This document shows positions 27,290-36,735 of a DNA stretch of 64,000 nucleotides, piece by piece (positions within the stretch are counted from its first letter, which is position 1; each line of letters begins with the position of its first letter). The position numbers and the translations under genes are program-made. The notes below the pieces were generated by a model, which saw only the letters and a program-made list of their open reading frames with translations, ran no database searches and was not told the origin of the DNA. This DNA is from Candidatus Micrarchaeia archaeon (GTDB taxonomy: Archaea; Micrarchaeota; Micrarchaeia; Micrarchaeales; CABMGC01): positions 32,779 through 96,778 of the forward strand of contig JBMFUT010000001.1 of the NCBI GenBank assembly GCA_049966395.1, written 5' to 3'.

Positions 27290-27985
27290 ATTATAGTCGC
27301 TGGCGGCGATGAAGCTGGTCGCGGAGCTGTCATTGGACCTCTTGTCGTAAGTCTTGTCAGCATAAAGAATGGCTATTCAAAGAGGCTTTCGACAATAGGA
27401 GTTAGAGACTCAAAAATGCTCAGCAGAAAAAAGAGGGAATACCTGTACGACGAGATATACGCCCTTGCTGACGACGTTCAGACAAAAATAATAACTCCAG
27501 AAGAGATAAACAAGGCAATGGCAAGCGGAATTTCGCTTAACGAGCTGGAGGCAATGCACTTTGCAAAGCTCATAGATGCCACAAAAGCCGATATAAAGTC
27601 TGTTTTCCTGGACTCCCCAGATGTCATAGCCGAGCGTTTCGGCGTGAGAATAAGCCTCCTTTCTTCCAAGAACCTTGCTGTAAAGGGAACAAAGAGGCCA
27701 ATACAAAAAAGCCCTATAAAGCTCATCTCTGAGCATAAGGCGGATTCAAGATATCCTGTGGTATCGGCAGCAAGCATAATAGCAAAAGTGACAAGGGATA
27801 GGGAGATAGACAAGCTTGCTCGCAAGCTGAATATCAATATTGGCTCTGGCTACCCTTCCGATTCTGAAACAGTCGACGCCATAAGGGCGAATCTGTCGAC
27901 CAGCAAGCTGCAACCCCACATCAGGGTCTACTGGAAGACTCTCGAAGGAATAAGGCAGCTTAAAATGTCAGAGTTCGTAAGGTGA
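27290..27985 (+). CDS. rnhB: Ribonuclease HII (non-canonical ATT/ATA start)
   Basis: In-frame upstream extension IIVAGGDEAGRGAVIGPLVV...GVRDSK joins the tracked ORF (KADSRYPVVSAASIIAKVTRD, GSGYPSD). Confidence 0.93.
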   Translation: MIVAGGDEAGRGAVIGPLVVSLVSIKNGYSKRLSTIGVRDSKMLSRKKREYLYDEIYALADDVQTKIITPEEINKAMASGISLNELEAMHFAKLIDATKADIKSVFLDSPDVIAERFGVRISLLSSKNLAVKGTKRPIQKSPIKLISEHKADSRYPVVSAASIIAKVTRDREIDKLARKLNINIGSGYPSDSETVDAIRANLSTSKLQPHIRVYWKTLEGIRQLKMSEFVR

Positions 27986-28092
27986 ATATTTATTAATGCA
28001 ATGCGGAATTGTATCTAATGCTAAAAACTTTTAATTTTGATAAAATAACGTATTCTTGCGGTGAAGTTTCGCGCAGCACGGTTTAAATACAT

Positions 28093-28140
28093 ATACTACT
28101 TATTGTATTTCCGGCTTCTCTGAAATACGATATATTGTGT
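28093..28140 (+). promoter_or_regulatory. Tandem NrdR boxes downstream of a TATA box
   Basis: ATACTACTTATTGTAT (28093-28108) and ATACGATATATTGTGT (28125-28140) match acaCwAtATaTwGtgt and start 32 bp apart; TTTAAATA at 28082-28089. Confidence 0.8.
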
Positions 28141-28145
28141 ATAAT

Positions 28146-28619
28146 ATGCGCTGCCCATATTGCATGTCTGAAAATACCAGCGTCATAGATACAAGGTACG
28201 TAGTGGATGACAACAGCGTGAGAAGGAGGCGCATATGCAACAACTGCAACAAGCGCTTCACAACATATGAGAAAATAAGCCTATCCGACATTACGGTCAT
28301 AAAGAAGGATTCAACGAGGGAAAGCTTCGACAGGAGCAAGGTCCTTGCCGGAATAATGAAAGCGTGCGAGAAAAGGCCGATAAGCAGGGAAAAAATGGAA
28401 AGCATAGCCAACAAGGTAGAGCAGCGAATAAGGCGAAGCGGAAGCAAAGAGATAAAGTCGTCAAAAATAGGGGACATGGTCATAAAAGAACTCCTAAAGG
28501 TCGACCCAATAGCATACATACGCTTCGCAAGCGTTTACAAGAATTTCGATTCCGTAGAGGATTTCAACGAAATTGTGAAAATGCTTAAGTCTGCGAGGAA
28601 CAAGAGGGTGCGGAAATGA
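28146..28619 (+). CDS. nrdR: Transcriptional repressor NrdR
   Basis: MRCPYC...VIDTR...RRRRICNNCNKRFTTYE, ATP cone, AYIRFASVY. Confidence 0.96.
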   Translation: MRCPYCMSENTSVIDTRYVVDDNSVRRRRICNNCNKRFTTYEKISLSDITVIKKDSTRESFDRSKVLAGIMKACEKRPISREKMESIANKVEQRIRRSGSKEIKSSKIGDMVIKELLKVDPIAYIRFASVYKNFDSVEDFNEIVKMLKSARNKRVRK

Positions 28620-30904
28620 AAATATCCAATGTTGTTAAGAGAGATGGGAGCATAGTACCTTTTGACAAGACAAAAATAACAGTAGCAATATCAAAGGCGA
28701 TGCGCGAGGTTTACGACGGCTCGCTCACCGACGACGAAATCAAAAGCAAATCTGAGGAATATTCAAACGACGTATACAAGAAACTTGAAGAATTGGGAAC
28801 TGACCAGCCTACAGTGGAGCAGATACAGGATACAGTCGAACAGGCGCTGATGGAGAAGGAGCCGAAAGTTGCAAAGGCCTACATAATATATAGAAACAAA
28901 AGGTCCGAACTCAGGGCTTACAAGGAGTCTCTTGGCATAGAGGACGATCTCAAACTGCCGCTCAATTCTTTGATAGTGCTTGCTGCAAGATACCTGCTTA
29001 GGGATGAGCAGCGGCGCATAATAGAAACGCCTAAGGCGCTTTTCGAGCGCGTTTCAAAAGCCATAGCCTCGGCAGAGTACAACTACGGCGCAGACGACAA
29101 AAAGGTAGAGGAGATTGCAACGTCGTTCTACGACGCGATGACGAACTTCGATTTCATGCCAAACAGCCCTACATTGATGAATGCAGGAACGTCTCTTGGC
29201 CAGCTGAGTGCCTGTTTCGTGCTGCCGGTAGGGGACTCCATAGAAGAAATATTCGACGCCGTCAAATGGACCGCCATAATACACAAATCCGGCGGAGGCA
29301 CAGGATTTTCATTCTCGCGGCTCAGGCCATCTGGCGATGTCGTAAAGCAGACAGGAGGAATAGCGTCAGGGCCAATATCTTTCATGAAAGTTTTCGACGC
29401 CGCGACAGAAGAGATAAAGCAGGGAGGCAAGCGCAGGGGCGCCAACATGGGCATACTTCGCGTAGACCATCCTGACATACTGAATTTCATAGTGGCAAAG
29501 GAAAAGGAAGGCGTCCTTAGCAACTTCAATATATCCGTTGCAATAACCGACCAATTCATGCAGGCGCTTGAGAGCGGCTCCAACTACAACATAATCAGCC
29601 CAAGAACAAAGAAACCAATAGGGCAGCTCAGCGCAAGGGCGGTTTGGAATCTAATTGTCACAATGGCATGGAGGACCGGAGACCCCGGTGTCGTGTTCAT
29701 AGACAGGATGAACTCCACGCTGTCCAATCCTGTGCCTTCCTTCGGCCCAATAGAATCTACGAATCCGTGCGGCGAGCAGCCTTTGTATCCATTCGACTCG
29801 TGCAATCTTGGGTCAATAAACCTCGCGAGGATGCTCAAAGGCAAAAACGACCACTACGAGATAGACTGGGAAAAGTTGAAGAGAATAACTAGGCTTGGCA
29901 CTCGCTTCCTTGATGATGTCATAGACGTTAACCGTTACCCTCTGCCTCAGGTTGAAAAAACCACGAAGGCGATAAGGCGTATAGGTCTTGGAGTGATGGG
30001 CTGGGCAGACATGCTCATAAAGCTCGGCATACCTTACGACTCAAACGAGGCGCTTCTGCTGGCTGAGAAGGTAATGAAATTCATAACGACAGAAGCGCGG
30101 AAGATGTCAGAGGAGCTTGCCGAAGAGCGTGGACCTTTCCCAGAATTCGAGAAAAGCATATGGTACAAGTTTGGAAGCAAGCCGCTGAGAAATTCGACTG
30201 TTACAACAATCGCACCGACAGGCACCATAAGCATAATCGCAGGTGGCACGTCGCAGAGCATAGAGCCAATGTTCTCCGTTGCATATATTAGAAACGTAGA
30301 ATCAAGCCTTGGCTCCAATCTTGTGGAAGTTAACAACACCTTCGAGGAGTTTGCAATAAAGTACGGCTTTTACACCGATGCGCTCATAAGAAAGATTGCA
30401 GGCAAAACCTCCATACAGGATGTAGAAGAAATACCAAAGGAAATAAGAAGGCTCTTCGTGACGGCGCACGACATAAAGCCAGAATGGCACGTGAAGATGC
30501 AGGCCGCATTCCAGAAGTATGTGGACAATGCAGTGTCTAAAACAATAAACTTCCCAAGCAGTGCAACCCCCCAGGAAGTCGAAGACGCATACATGCTGGC
30601 ATACAAGACAGGATGCAAGGGCATAACGATATACAGGGATAAAAGCAAGAGCGTCCAGGTGCTTACGGAGCTAAAGGTATCTGGCGTCAAGGAGGCGTCA
30701 TCCAGACTTTCTCAGGCAGCAGCAGAACACATGAGAGACACTTCTATAATAGCGAGCACAACAATGAACGAGCTCAAGGAGGAAGCAAAGGATTTCGAGA
30801 TAGAAGAATATTCTGAGATGCGCTGCCCAGAGTGCGGTTCCGTAATGATAGCGGGCGAGGGATGCGCCACGTGCCCAGTGTGCGGCTACAGTAAGTGCTC
30901 GTAG
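28616..30904 (+). CDS. nrdJ: Class II (adenosylcobalamin-dependent) ribonucleotide reductase with an N-terminal ATP cone
   Basis: VVKRDG ATP cone, PNSPTLMNAG, SACFV, QGGKRRGANM, TNPCGEQ, CNLGSINL, TIAPTGT, C-terminal CPEC...CPVCGYSKC. Confidence 0.95.
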   Translation: MKISNVVKRDGSIVPFDKTKITVAISKAMREVYDGSLTDDEIKSKSEEYSNDVYKKLEELGTDQPTVEQIQDTVEQALMEKEPKVAKAYIIYRNKRSELRAYKESLGIEDDLKLPLNSLIVLAARYLLRDEQRRIIETPKALFERVSKAIASAEYNYGADDKKVEEIATSFYDAMTNFDFMPNSPTLMNAGTSLGQLSACFVLPVGDSIEEIFDAVKWTAIIHKSGGGTGFSFSRLRPSGDVVKQTGGIASGPISFMKVFDAATEEIKQGGKRRGANMGILRVDHPDILNFIVAKEKEGVLSNFNISVAITDQFMQALESGSNYNIISPRTKKPIGQLSARAVWNLIVTMAWRTGDPGVVFIDRMNSTLSNPVPSFGPIESTNPCGEQPLYPFDSCNLGSINLARMLKGKNDHYEIDWEKLKRITRLGTRFLDDVIDVNRYPLPQVEKTTKAIRRIGLGVMGWADMLIKLGIPYDSNEALLLAEKVMKFITTEARKMSEELAEERGPFPEFEKSIWYKFGSKPLRNSTVTTIAPTGTISIIAGGTSQSIEPMFSVAYIRNVESSLGSNLVEVNNTFEEFAIKYGFYTDALIRKIAGKTSIQDVEEIPKEIRRLFVTAHDIKPEWHVKMQAAFQKYVDNAVSKTINFPSSATPQEVEDAYMLAYKTGCKGITIYRDKSKSVQVLTELKVSGVKEASSRLSQAAAEHMRDTSIIASTTMNELKEEAKDFEIEEYSEMRCPECGSVMIAGEGCATCPVCGYSKCS

Positions 30905-30906
30905 CC

Positions 30907-31797
30907 CTACTTGGTAACGACATTGCAGGAATCTTTCTCAACTATCATTTCCTTCTCCGTTTGGGCAACCATTCCCTTGCTGCTTTCGATCAGCACTGGG
31001 AATGACTCTATATTTTCAATTCTTGCCATTTCATTTAGCGCTGCCTTTACCTTGAATTCAGAGCCAAACTTGCTGCTAAGCCACCTGAGCGCAAAAGGAT
31101 AGGTTGAAAAGTTCTCATCTATGAATCCCGCAACTTCCCTGGAATCTTGAGATCTGAGCTGCGCGGGCCCAAGTTTCCTGAATATCTGCACGTAGTCCCC
31201 ATCGCTCACGTAGCCTTTGCCTGTTGTTATGAATGTTTCTATTGCTATTGTCTGCCCTTCCTCCAAAACTGACGAATCGCCGTTGTCGTAGTTGGGTATG
31301 AATATCCTTGCATGAAGGTCACCCTTTTCTATGCCATGCCCGCCGAGATTTCTTATTGGGTTGAATCCGTACTTGGCAGCGATTTCACCCACACTCTTGC
31401 CTATCTCCCTCACGGGAAGACCGCTCTTCACCATGCTTATGGCGGCTTCGAGCGCCTCCTCGCTGGCTTCTACGAGCTTTCCGTATTCGGATGACAAATC
31501 TATCGTTATTGCGCAGTCGCCAAGGGCGTCTCCCTTCCTGGCGCCAAGGTCTACTTTTACCAAGTCATTATCGCCGAAAACACTCTTGTCTCCAGATTCG
31601 GGAGTGCTGTGCGCAGCCTCTTCATTGGAAGAAAGGTTGACTGGAAATGTCAATCCAAAACCTCGTTCCCTCATGAAATTCTCAAGGCTATCTGCAACAT
31701 CCAGCTTTCTTGCGCCCGGTTTCACGAGGCTCCTTGCGAAGCTAAGGGCTTCGAACGAGACTTTTCCAACTTCTTTCAGCAAATTTTCGTCTTCCAT
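30907..31797 (-). CDS. map: Methionine aminopeptidase type II
   Basis: FPVNLS..AAH, KVDLG...DCAIT, GGHG..LH, AIETF. Confidence 0.95.
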   Translation of the reverse strand: MEDENLLKEVGKVSFEALSFARSLVKPGARKLDVADSLENFMRERGFGLTFPVNLSSNEEAAHSTPESGDKSVFGDNDLVKVDLGARKGDALGDCAITIDLSSEYGKLVEASEEALEAAISMVKSGLPVREIGKSVGEIAAKYGFNPIRNLGGHGIEKGDLHARIFIPNYDNGDSSVLEEGQTIAIETFITTGKGYVSDGDYVQIFRKLGPAQLRSQDSREVAGFIDENFSTYPFALRWLSSKFGSEFKVKAALNEMARIENIESFPVLIESSKGMVAQTEKEMIVEKDSCNVVTK

Positions 31798-31801
31798 ACA
31801 A

Positions 31802-34237
31802 TCACAATTTTCTCTGGGATCCGCCTCCTTTGAGCTCTTCGGCGTTGTATCCCAGCTCTTTTAGTATCTTGAGCGTTGCGGGTATAACCTGGTTGTTTAT
31901 GTAGTAATCAGGATCATAGTCCTCTGCAAGCTCTTCTATTGCGGCCTTCTCGGATATGCTGTTGCCATGCTTTGTTATGACATAGCCTATGGCCGCGCCT
32001 TCAAGCTCGTCCCTTCTTTTCACTCCAGCCTTCATTGCTTTCTGTGCTGCAGCGAGTTCAGGCGACTTCACATCGTAGTTTCCTATGCCTTTCCTGAGCT
32101 GGGTGTGTATAACGAACTCGCTTATGTCGAGCTTTCCGCTCCTTATCTTATCTATCGTTTCCTTGACTATTGCGGCAGCCTTTTCCTTGCTGCCCTCCCT
32201 CAATATTGCTTCTAGAACTGCTTTCTGGGTGTCCCTAGCTATTTTGGCCCAGTCCCTTCTGACAAGTTCAAAGCCCTTTATCTTTATCCTTCCGCTCTCT
32301 GAAAGCAGCGCGTACTTTTTCTTGGCTCCCCCCTCGCCGACCCTCTTGCTTACAAATACCCCTCTGACGTAAAAATCCTCAAGATCTAATTCCATCGCCC
32401 CAGGCAAGGAAGCATTCATTTCCTTCATGAATTTGTAGGCATCATCCTTGCTCTTGTCTCCCATAAGAAGGAAAAGGCTGTCCGTGTCGCCGTAAAGCAC
32501 CTTGAAACCGCGTTTCTCCGCCTCTTCTATTGTTTTTGTTATGTATGCTCTTCCGAAGGCCGTCACGCTCGCGGCGCATTCTCTAGAATACCATCTCGAT
32601 CTCGCGTAGCCTAGATAGCCGTAGAACGAGTTGGCAAGTATCTTCAGTGCCATGGATCTAGCGCCAAGCGCCTTGTTGTCCGGGTTTTTCTTGTATGCCT
32701 TTTTTACCTCAGTGCGCTCGTCAATGAGCCTCTTCAGTATGGTCGGCGCTATCCCAACAACATCCTTCCTGAATTTCACCCCAGTAGGGGATTCGTAATA
32801 GTCTTTGCAGTCCTTGCATATTGTGGCATTATCTATGTTGTGCGCTATGATTATTGAAGGATAAAGGCTCCTGAAGTCGAAAGCTGCAATGTTTTCGTAT
32901 ATTCCGGCATCAGGCATCTTAACATACGCCCCTTCTATAGGGTTTGCGTTTCTCTCTTCTATCTCTGGTTCCTTCGGCTTGTTAGGTATTATCTGGTTGT
33001 TTCTGCTTGCATATCTCATAAGCAGGTATTCCACAAGCTGCCCTGTCGTAGAGATTGCTGCTTCACCAAGGACTGTCCCGCTAACCTTTGAAACTTCTAT
33101 CATCAGTGGCATGAAGAAATCGAAGAGTTCATCAAGGGTTTTGGAATCATCCAAAGAATATTCAGAGAGAGCGTCGAGATTGCCAGAATCCCACTGCTGC
33201 CAAATACTAATCTTGTCAACCCTCTTCTTGTGCTTGCCTGTTATGGCTTCGTAAACCTCGCCAAGCTGCAGGCTGTTAACCTTTATGAGCTGCTCGGCAG
33301 CCCCGACAACTGAAACAAACTTTGCTACGTTGTAAACGTCGAAGTTTATGCGCCCGGGTATTTTTACCGCCTCGACAAGCCCATGATGCTCCCTTTTAAC
33401 TTCCTCTCCAAATCTTGCAATGTCAAAGCCGATGCGGTTCGCCTTTGCGCGTGAAATCAGGTAAGGTATGTCGAAATTGGAAGAATTGTAGCCCACAATC
33501 ATGTCCGGGTCAAGCCTGTTTATGATGTTGACAAAACCCTTCACTAGCGATTTTTCATTTTCAAATACAGAAACAAAATCCTTGGCTATCCTTTTTGTTG
33601 TAAGGACCCCCTCTTCACCAGAAGACTTGTAGCTTATCATTATCACCGGATCCTTTTCAGGTCTCGGTATGCCTGCAACATTGTATGTCTCTATGTCGAA
33701 AGATATGTGCGAAAATTGCGGGATAGCTTCAGAGCCCTCCACATTGCCTATCTCGTCCACCACAAGGCTGCCGAGCTCTTTGCTTGTGCTGATTTTAACA
33801 CGAGTTTCTGCCAGAGGGACAATATTCTTGTCTATGAGATATCTCTTCCAGAATACTATGTCATACTCGTAGCATTCTCCTAACTCAGAGAATACCTCCT
33901 TGAATTTTGGTATGTCTTTTGGATGGCTTGCGGTTATTTTTATCGCTCTGACAATTTCTGGGCCAAGACGCATCTCTCTTTCTTCGGCTTTCAGCGGGAA
34001 TATCTCTTCATTGTTGTCGCTGAGCGCGCTGACTTTTTTAACATCTTCCGCGCCTACGCCGTCGCGAGGGACAAGATATATGTAAGGGTAAAAAGAAGGA
34101 TCGAGTACCGATATCACTGCGCCGCTGGCGCTATCCTTGAAGAAAATCCTTATGATGCCCCGCCTGCCAAGCGTGACGTAATCTATGTCTATGATAAATC
34201 CTTTCAGCTCGGTGCCGTCCTCATAACTAGCTACCAT
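31802..34237 (-). CDS. polB: Family B DNA polymerase
   Basis: Exonuclease FDIET and GYNSSNFDIPY; polymerase DFRSLYPSII, KILANSFYGY, YGDTDS. Confidence 0.97.
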   Translation of the reverse strand: MVASYEDGTELKGFIIDIDYVTLGRRGIIRIFFKDSASGAVISVLDPSFYPYIYLVPRDGVGAEDVKKVSALSDNNEEIFPLKAEEREMRLGPEIVRAIKITASHPKDIPKFKEVFSELGECYEYDIVFWKRYLIDKNIVPLAETRVKISTSKELGSLVVDEIGNVEGSEAIPQFSHISFDIETYNVAGIPRPEKDPVIMISYKSSGEEGVLTTKRIAKDFVSVFENEKSLVKGFVNIINRLDPDMIVGYNSSNFDIPYLISRAKANRIGFDIARFGEEVKREHHGLVEAVKIPGRINFDVYNVAKFVSVVGAAEQLIKVNSLQLGEVYEAITGKHKKRVDKISIWQQWDSGNLDALSEYSLDDSKTLDELFDFFMPLMIEVSKVSGTVLGEAAISTTGQLVEYLLMRYASRNNQIIPNKPKEPEIEERNANPIEGAYVKMPDAGIYENIAAFDFRSLYPSIIIAHNIDNATICKDCKDYYESPTGVKFRKDVVGIAPTILKRLIDERTEVKKAYKKNPDNKALGARSMALKILANSFYGYLGYARSRWYSRECAASVTAFGRAYITKTIEEAEKRGFKVLYGDTDSLFLLMGDKSKDDAYKFMKEMNASLPGAMELDLEDFYVRGVFVSKRVGEGGAKKKYALLSESGRIKIKGFELVRRDWAKIARDTQKAVLEAILREGSKEKAAAIVKETIDKIRSGKLDISEFVIHTQLRKGIGNYDVKSPELAAAQKAMKAGVKRRDELEGAAIGYVITKHGNSISEKAAIEELAEDYDPDYYINNQVIPATLKILKELGYNAEELKGGGSQRKL

Positions 34238-34268
34238 GATATCTACGTATGACCGGAGGCAAGCAAGC

Positions 34269-34688
34269 CTATGCTGCAGGCTTGTTGTTCGGCGTCTCTT
34301 GCAGCGTTGCTCTAGTCAAAGGCAGCGGAGGAACAAGCCCCAGCGAATACGCGACAAGCGTGCCTCTTGACCCGCACTCGAAGTTTATCAGGTTTATCAG
34401 GTTCTCTGCAAACTTTATTGGCAGCGTCTTTTTGTTCTTCCAAGTAGATGCAATCTCCTCAGAATCCTTCTTGTTCTCCTTGGATTTTATCTTACCCGAA
34501 ATTTTTATTTGTCCTATGTTTTGGCTTCCCGCTGTTCCTTCGTACGTGGCAAGGAAAGTGTAAGTAACCTCAACAGTATCCTCGCTTGTGCTAACATTGT
34601 CAAAATTTATGTTGAAGCGCATGTTAGCTATGCCTTCTGCAGAACTTCTTTCTCCTTCTACCTTGCTTATTTCCATGCTTGTTATCAT
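34269..34688 (-). CDS. Conserved hypothetical protein, possibly SecB-like fold
   Basis: Beta strands followed by helices and a terminal GLVPPLPL; immediately upstream of polB. The fold call is from pattern only. Confidence 0.55.
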   Translation of the reverse strand: MITSMEISKVEGERSSAEGIANMRFNINFDNVSTSEDTVEVTYTFLATYEGTAGSQNIGQIKISGKIKSKENKKDSEEIASTWKNKKTLPIKFAENLINLINFECGSRGTLVAYSLGLVPPLPLTRATLQETPNNKPAA

Positions 34689-34748
34689 GCAATCACAGTT
34701 TGAGACCTAACATATATTGTCTTAAAACATTTTAAATATCTTGTGCAT

Positions 34749-35234
34749 ATGCGCGGAGAAAAACCCAAATTCAAAAAGCATATAAATTTCAACCCCCAAT
34801 TAATAACCGATTGGATGTCAAACAGAACAACTTCTAACAAATACGAGTTGTTCATAAATGAAGTAAGGAAGGTGGCAAAGAAGAAAGAAGCACTTACCGA
34901 AGAGGAGGAAAAAATCAAGAAGGTGGCGATGCTCGTCGCCGCGATCTCCTCTGGGCATTCGTGGCAAACCTACCAGTACCTTCACGGTGCGGCAGAATAC
35001 GACAAGAACATAATGCAGGCTGAAGCTGCCGCCGCGTTCGGAGAGGGGTGGAAAGCTGTCAACGAAAACGACGTGGAAGAGGTAGTAACATCAGAGATCG
35101 CCGAGCAGAACTTTTCGATGTGGCTCTTTTTCACTATTCCTAAAGAGCAGAGGCAAGATTTCAAGGATGTGCTGATGCAGATAAAGGACGAGCTCAAGGA
35201 CGGTCTGGAGGCGGTGGAAAAGAAAGATTTCTGA
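34749..35234 (+). CDS. Hypothetical protein
   Basis: Divergent ORF of about 160 aa with coding-like composition; no recognisable motif. Confidence 0.7.
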   Translation: MRGEKPKFKKHINFNPQLITDWMSNRTTSNKYELFINEVRKVAKKKEALTEEEEKIKKVAMLVAAISSGHSWQTYQYLHGAAEYDKNIMQAEAAAAFGEGWKAVNENDVEEVVTSEIAEQNFSMWLFFTIPKEQRQDFKDVLMQIKDELKDGLEAVEKKDF

Positions 35235-35257
35235 AAGTTCCTTTATGTAAAAATTTA

Positions 35258-35332
35258 GGGCATGTGGCGCAACTTGGATAGCGCACCTGGCTTCGGACCA
35301 GGTGGTTGCGGGTTCAAATCCCGTCATGCCCG
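35258..35332 (+). tRNA. tRNA-Arg(TCG)
   Basis: GGGCATG TG GCGC AACTTGGATA GCGC A CCTGG CT TCG GA CCAGG TGGTT GCGGG TTCAAAT CCCGT CATGCCC G. Confidence 0.95.
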
Positions 35333-35411
35333 CACCATTCGAAGTGGGCATTATCAATGCATCAGAGCGTTTCAGACAAACTTTTTATTTGTTTTATGCA
35401 TATTCTATCGC

Positions 35412-36722
35412 GTGCAAAAAATAGGTCTAGCCACTGCAACAGCAGTGGGGCTCGGTGCAATAGTAGGAGCAGGCATATTCGTGCTTAGCGGCACAGCAAT
35501 AGCGCTGGCAGGTGCCTACTCGCTTCTTGCATTCGTCATGGTCGGTTTAGTTGCGCTCTTCGTAGCTGTAGAAATGGGCGCTTTGGGTAACATAATGCCG
35601 CACGCCAAAGGGGCTTCATATTCTTTTGTATACAACGCTTTCGGGAGCGAGCTCGGCTTTGTCACTGGCGTCCTGCTGTATTTCAGCTTCGCGACAGCGA
35701 TATCCGCAATAAGCATAGGCTTCGGCTCTTATCTTGCCAGCATGCTCGGTATTTCGGTGGCTGCATACGCGATACCCATTGCCATAATGCTAATACTTGC
35801 GCTCTCGCTGCTCAACATACTCGGCATAAAGAAAGCAGCAAAGGTGGATTTTTCCCTAGTGGTAATAAAAGTATCAATCCTGGTGCTGTTCATAGCATTT
35901 GGCCTTGCGTTCGCGCTTCTTCATCCTTCGCTCTTAGGGCCCCACATGGTTTCGAAAAGCTCGCAGTCCAGCGTGGCCGCAATATTCGCCGCGAGCGTGG
36001 CAATATTTTTTGCATATACTGGCTTTCAATCAATATCGACTTTTACAGATCGCGTGGAAGGCGGCTCCAGGAAGGCAGCAAAGGCAATACTATATTCGGT
36101 CCTGATAAGTCTTGCGCTTTACGTACTTGTAGATGTTTCTCTTCTTTTACTAGCCCCTGCAAGCACTTACAGCATATCTGCAGACCCTCTATCATTCGCC
36201 CTGAAAAGCGCAAGAGCGCCGCAGTGGCTCTTCATACTTGTTGACTTTGGCGCCCTGATTGCTACGACATCAGCCGCAATCGCGATGATACTCAGTTCTT
36301 CGAGGCTATTCTACCAGATAGGAACTGACGGGCTTCTGCCAAAGTTCTCTAGAAAATACAATTCCAAGAGCGACGTCGCCGTAAACGGCGTGATAGTATC
36401 CGCCGCAATAGGGGTATTGATGCTGTTCTCCGGCAACATATACATAATTGCTGCAATAAGCAACTTCGGACTTCTTTTCTCCTACCTTCTTACAACTTTT
36501 GCGACGGCGCACTACAAGAGGCACTTCAATAGAAAGTTTTCTTTGCCATTTTACCCCTACCTGCCTGCAGTCACGGCGGTGGCACTGGTTGCATTGCTAA
36601 TAGGCATGCCTAGGGAGGCTCTCGTCATAGGCGCCGCCATGATAATGTCCCTGTTCGCCATATACTACTTCCTGCGGGAGCTAAAAAACAAGAAGGTAGT
36701 GAAAGTGCGGCTTTTCAGCTGA
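35412..36722 (+). CDS. APC-family amino acid permease
   Basis: GAIVGAGIFVLSG, FFAYTGFQ, SSSRLFY; probable GTG start at 35412, since the longer ORF overlaps the tRNA. Confidence 0.92.
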   Translation: MQKIGLATATAVGLGAIVGAGIFVLSGTAIALAGAYSLLAFVMVGLVALFVAVEMGALGNIMPHAKGASYSFVYNAFGSELGFVTGVLLYFSFATAISAISIGFGSYLASMLGISVAAYAIPIAIMLILALSLLNILGIKKAAKVDFSLVVIKVSILVLFIAFGLAFALLHPSLLGPHMVSKSSQSSVAAIFAASVAIFFAYTGFQSISTFTDRVEGGSRKAAKAILYSVLISLALYVLVDVSLLLLAPASTYSISADPLSFALKSARAPQWLFILVDFGALIATTSAAIAMILSSSRLFYQIGTDGLLPKFSRKYNSKSDVAVNGVIVSAAIGVLMLFSGNIYIIAAISNFGLLFSYLLTTFATAHYKRHFNRKFSLPFYPYLPAVTAVALVALLIGMPREALVIGAAMIMSLFAIYYFLRELKNKKVVKVRLFS

Positions 36723-36735
36723 GCGTCGGCTCCGG

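Noticed and set aside
35262..35411. N-terminal extension of the APC permease ORF
   Set aside because: Overlaps tRNA-Arg; family similarity starts near GTG 35412.
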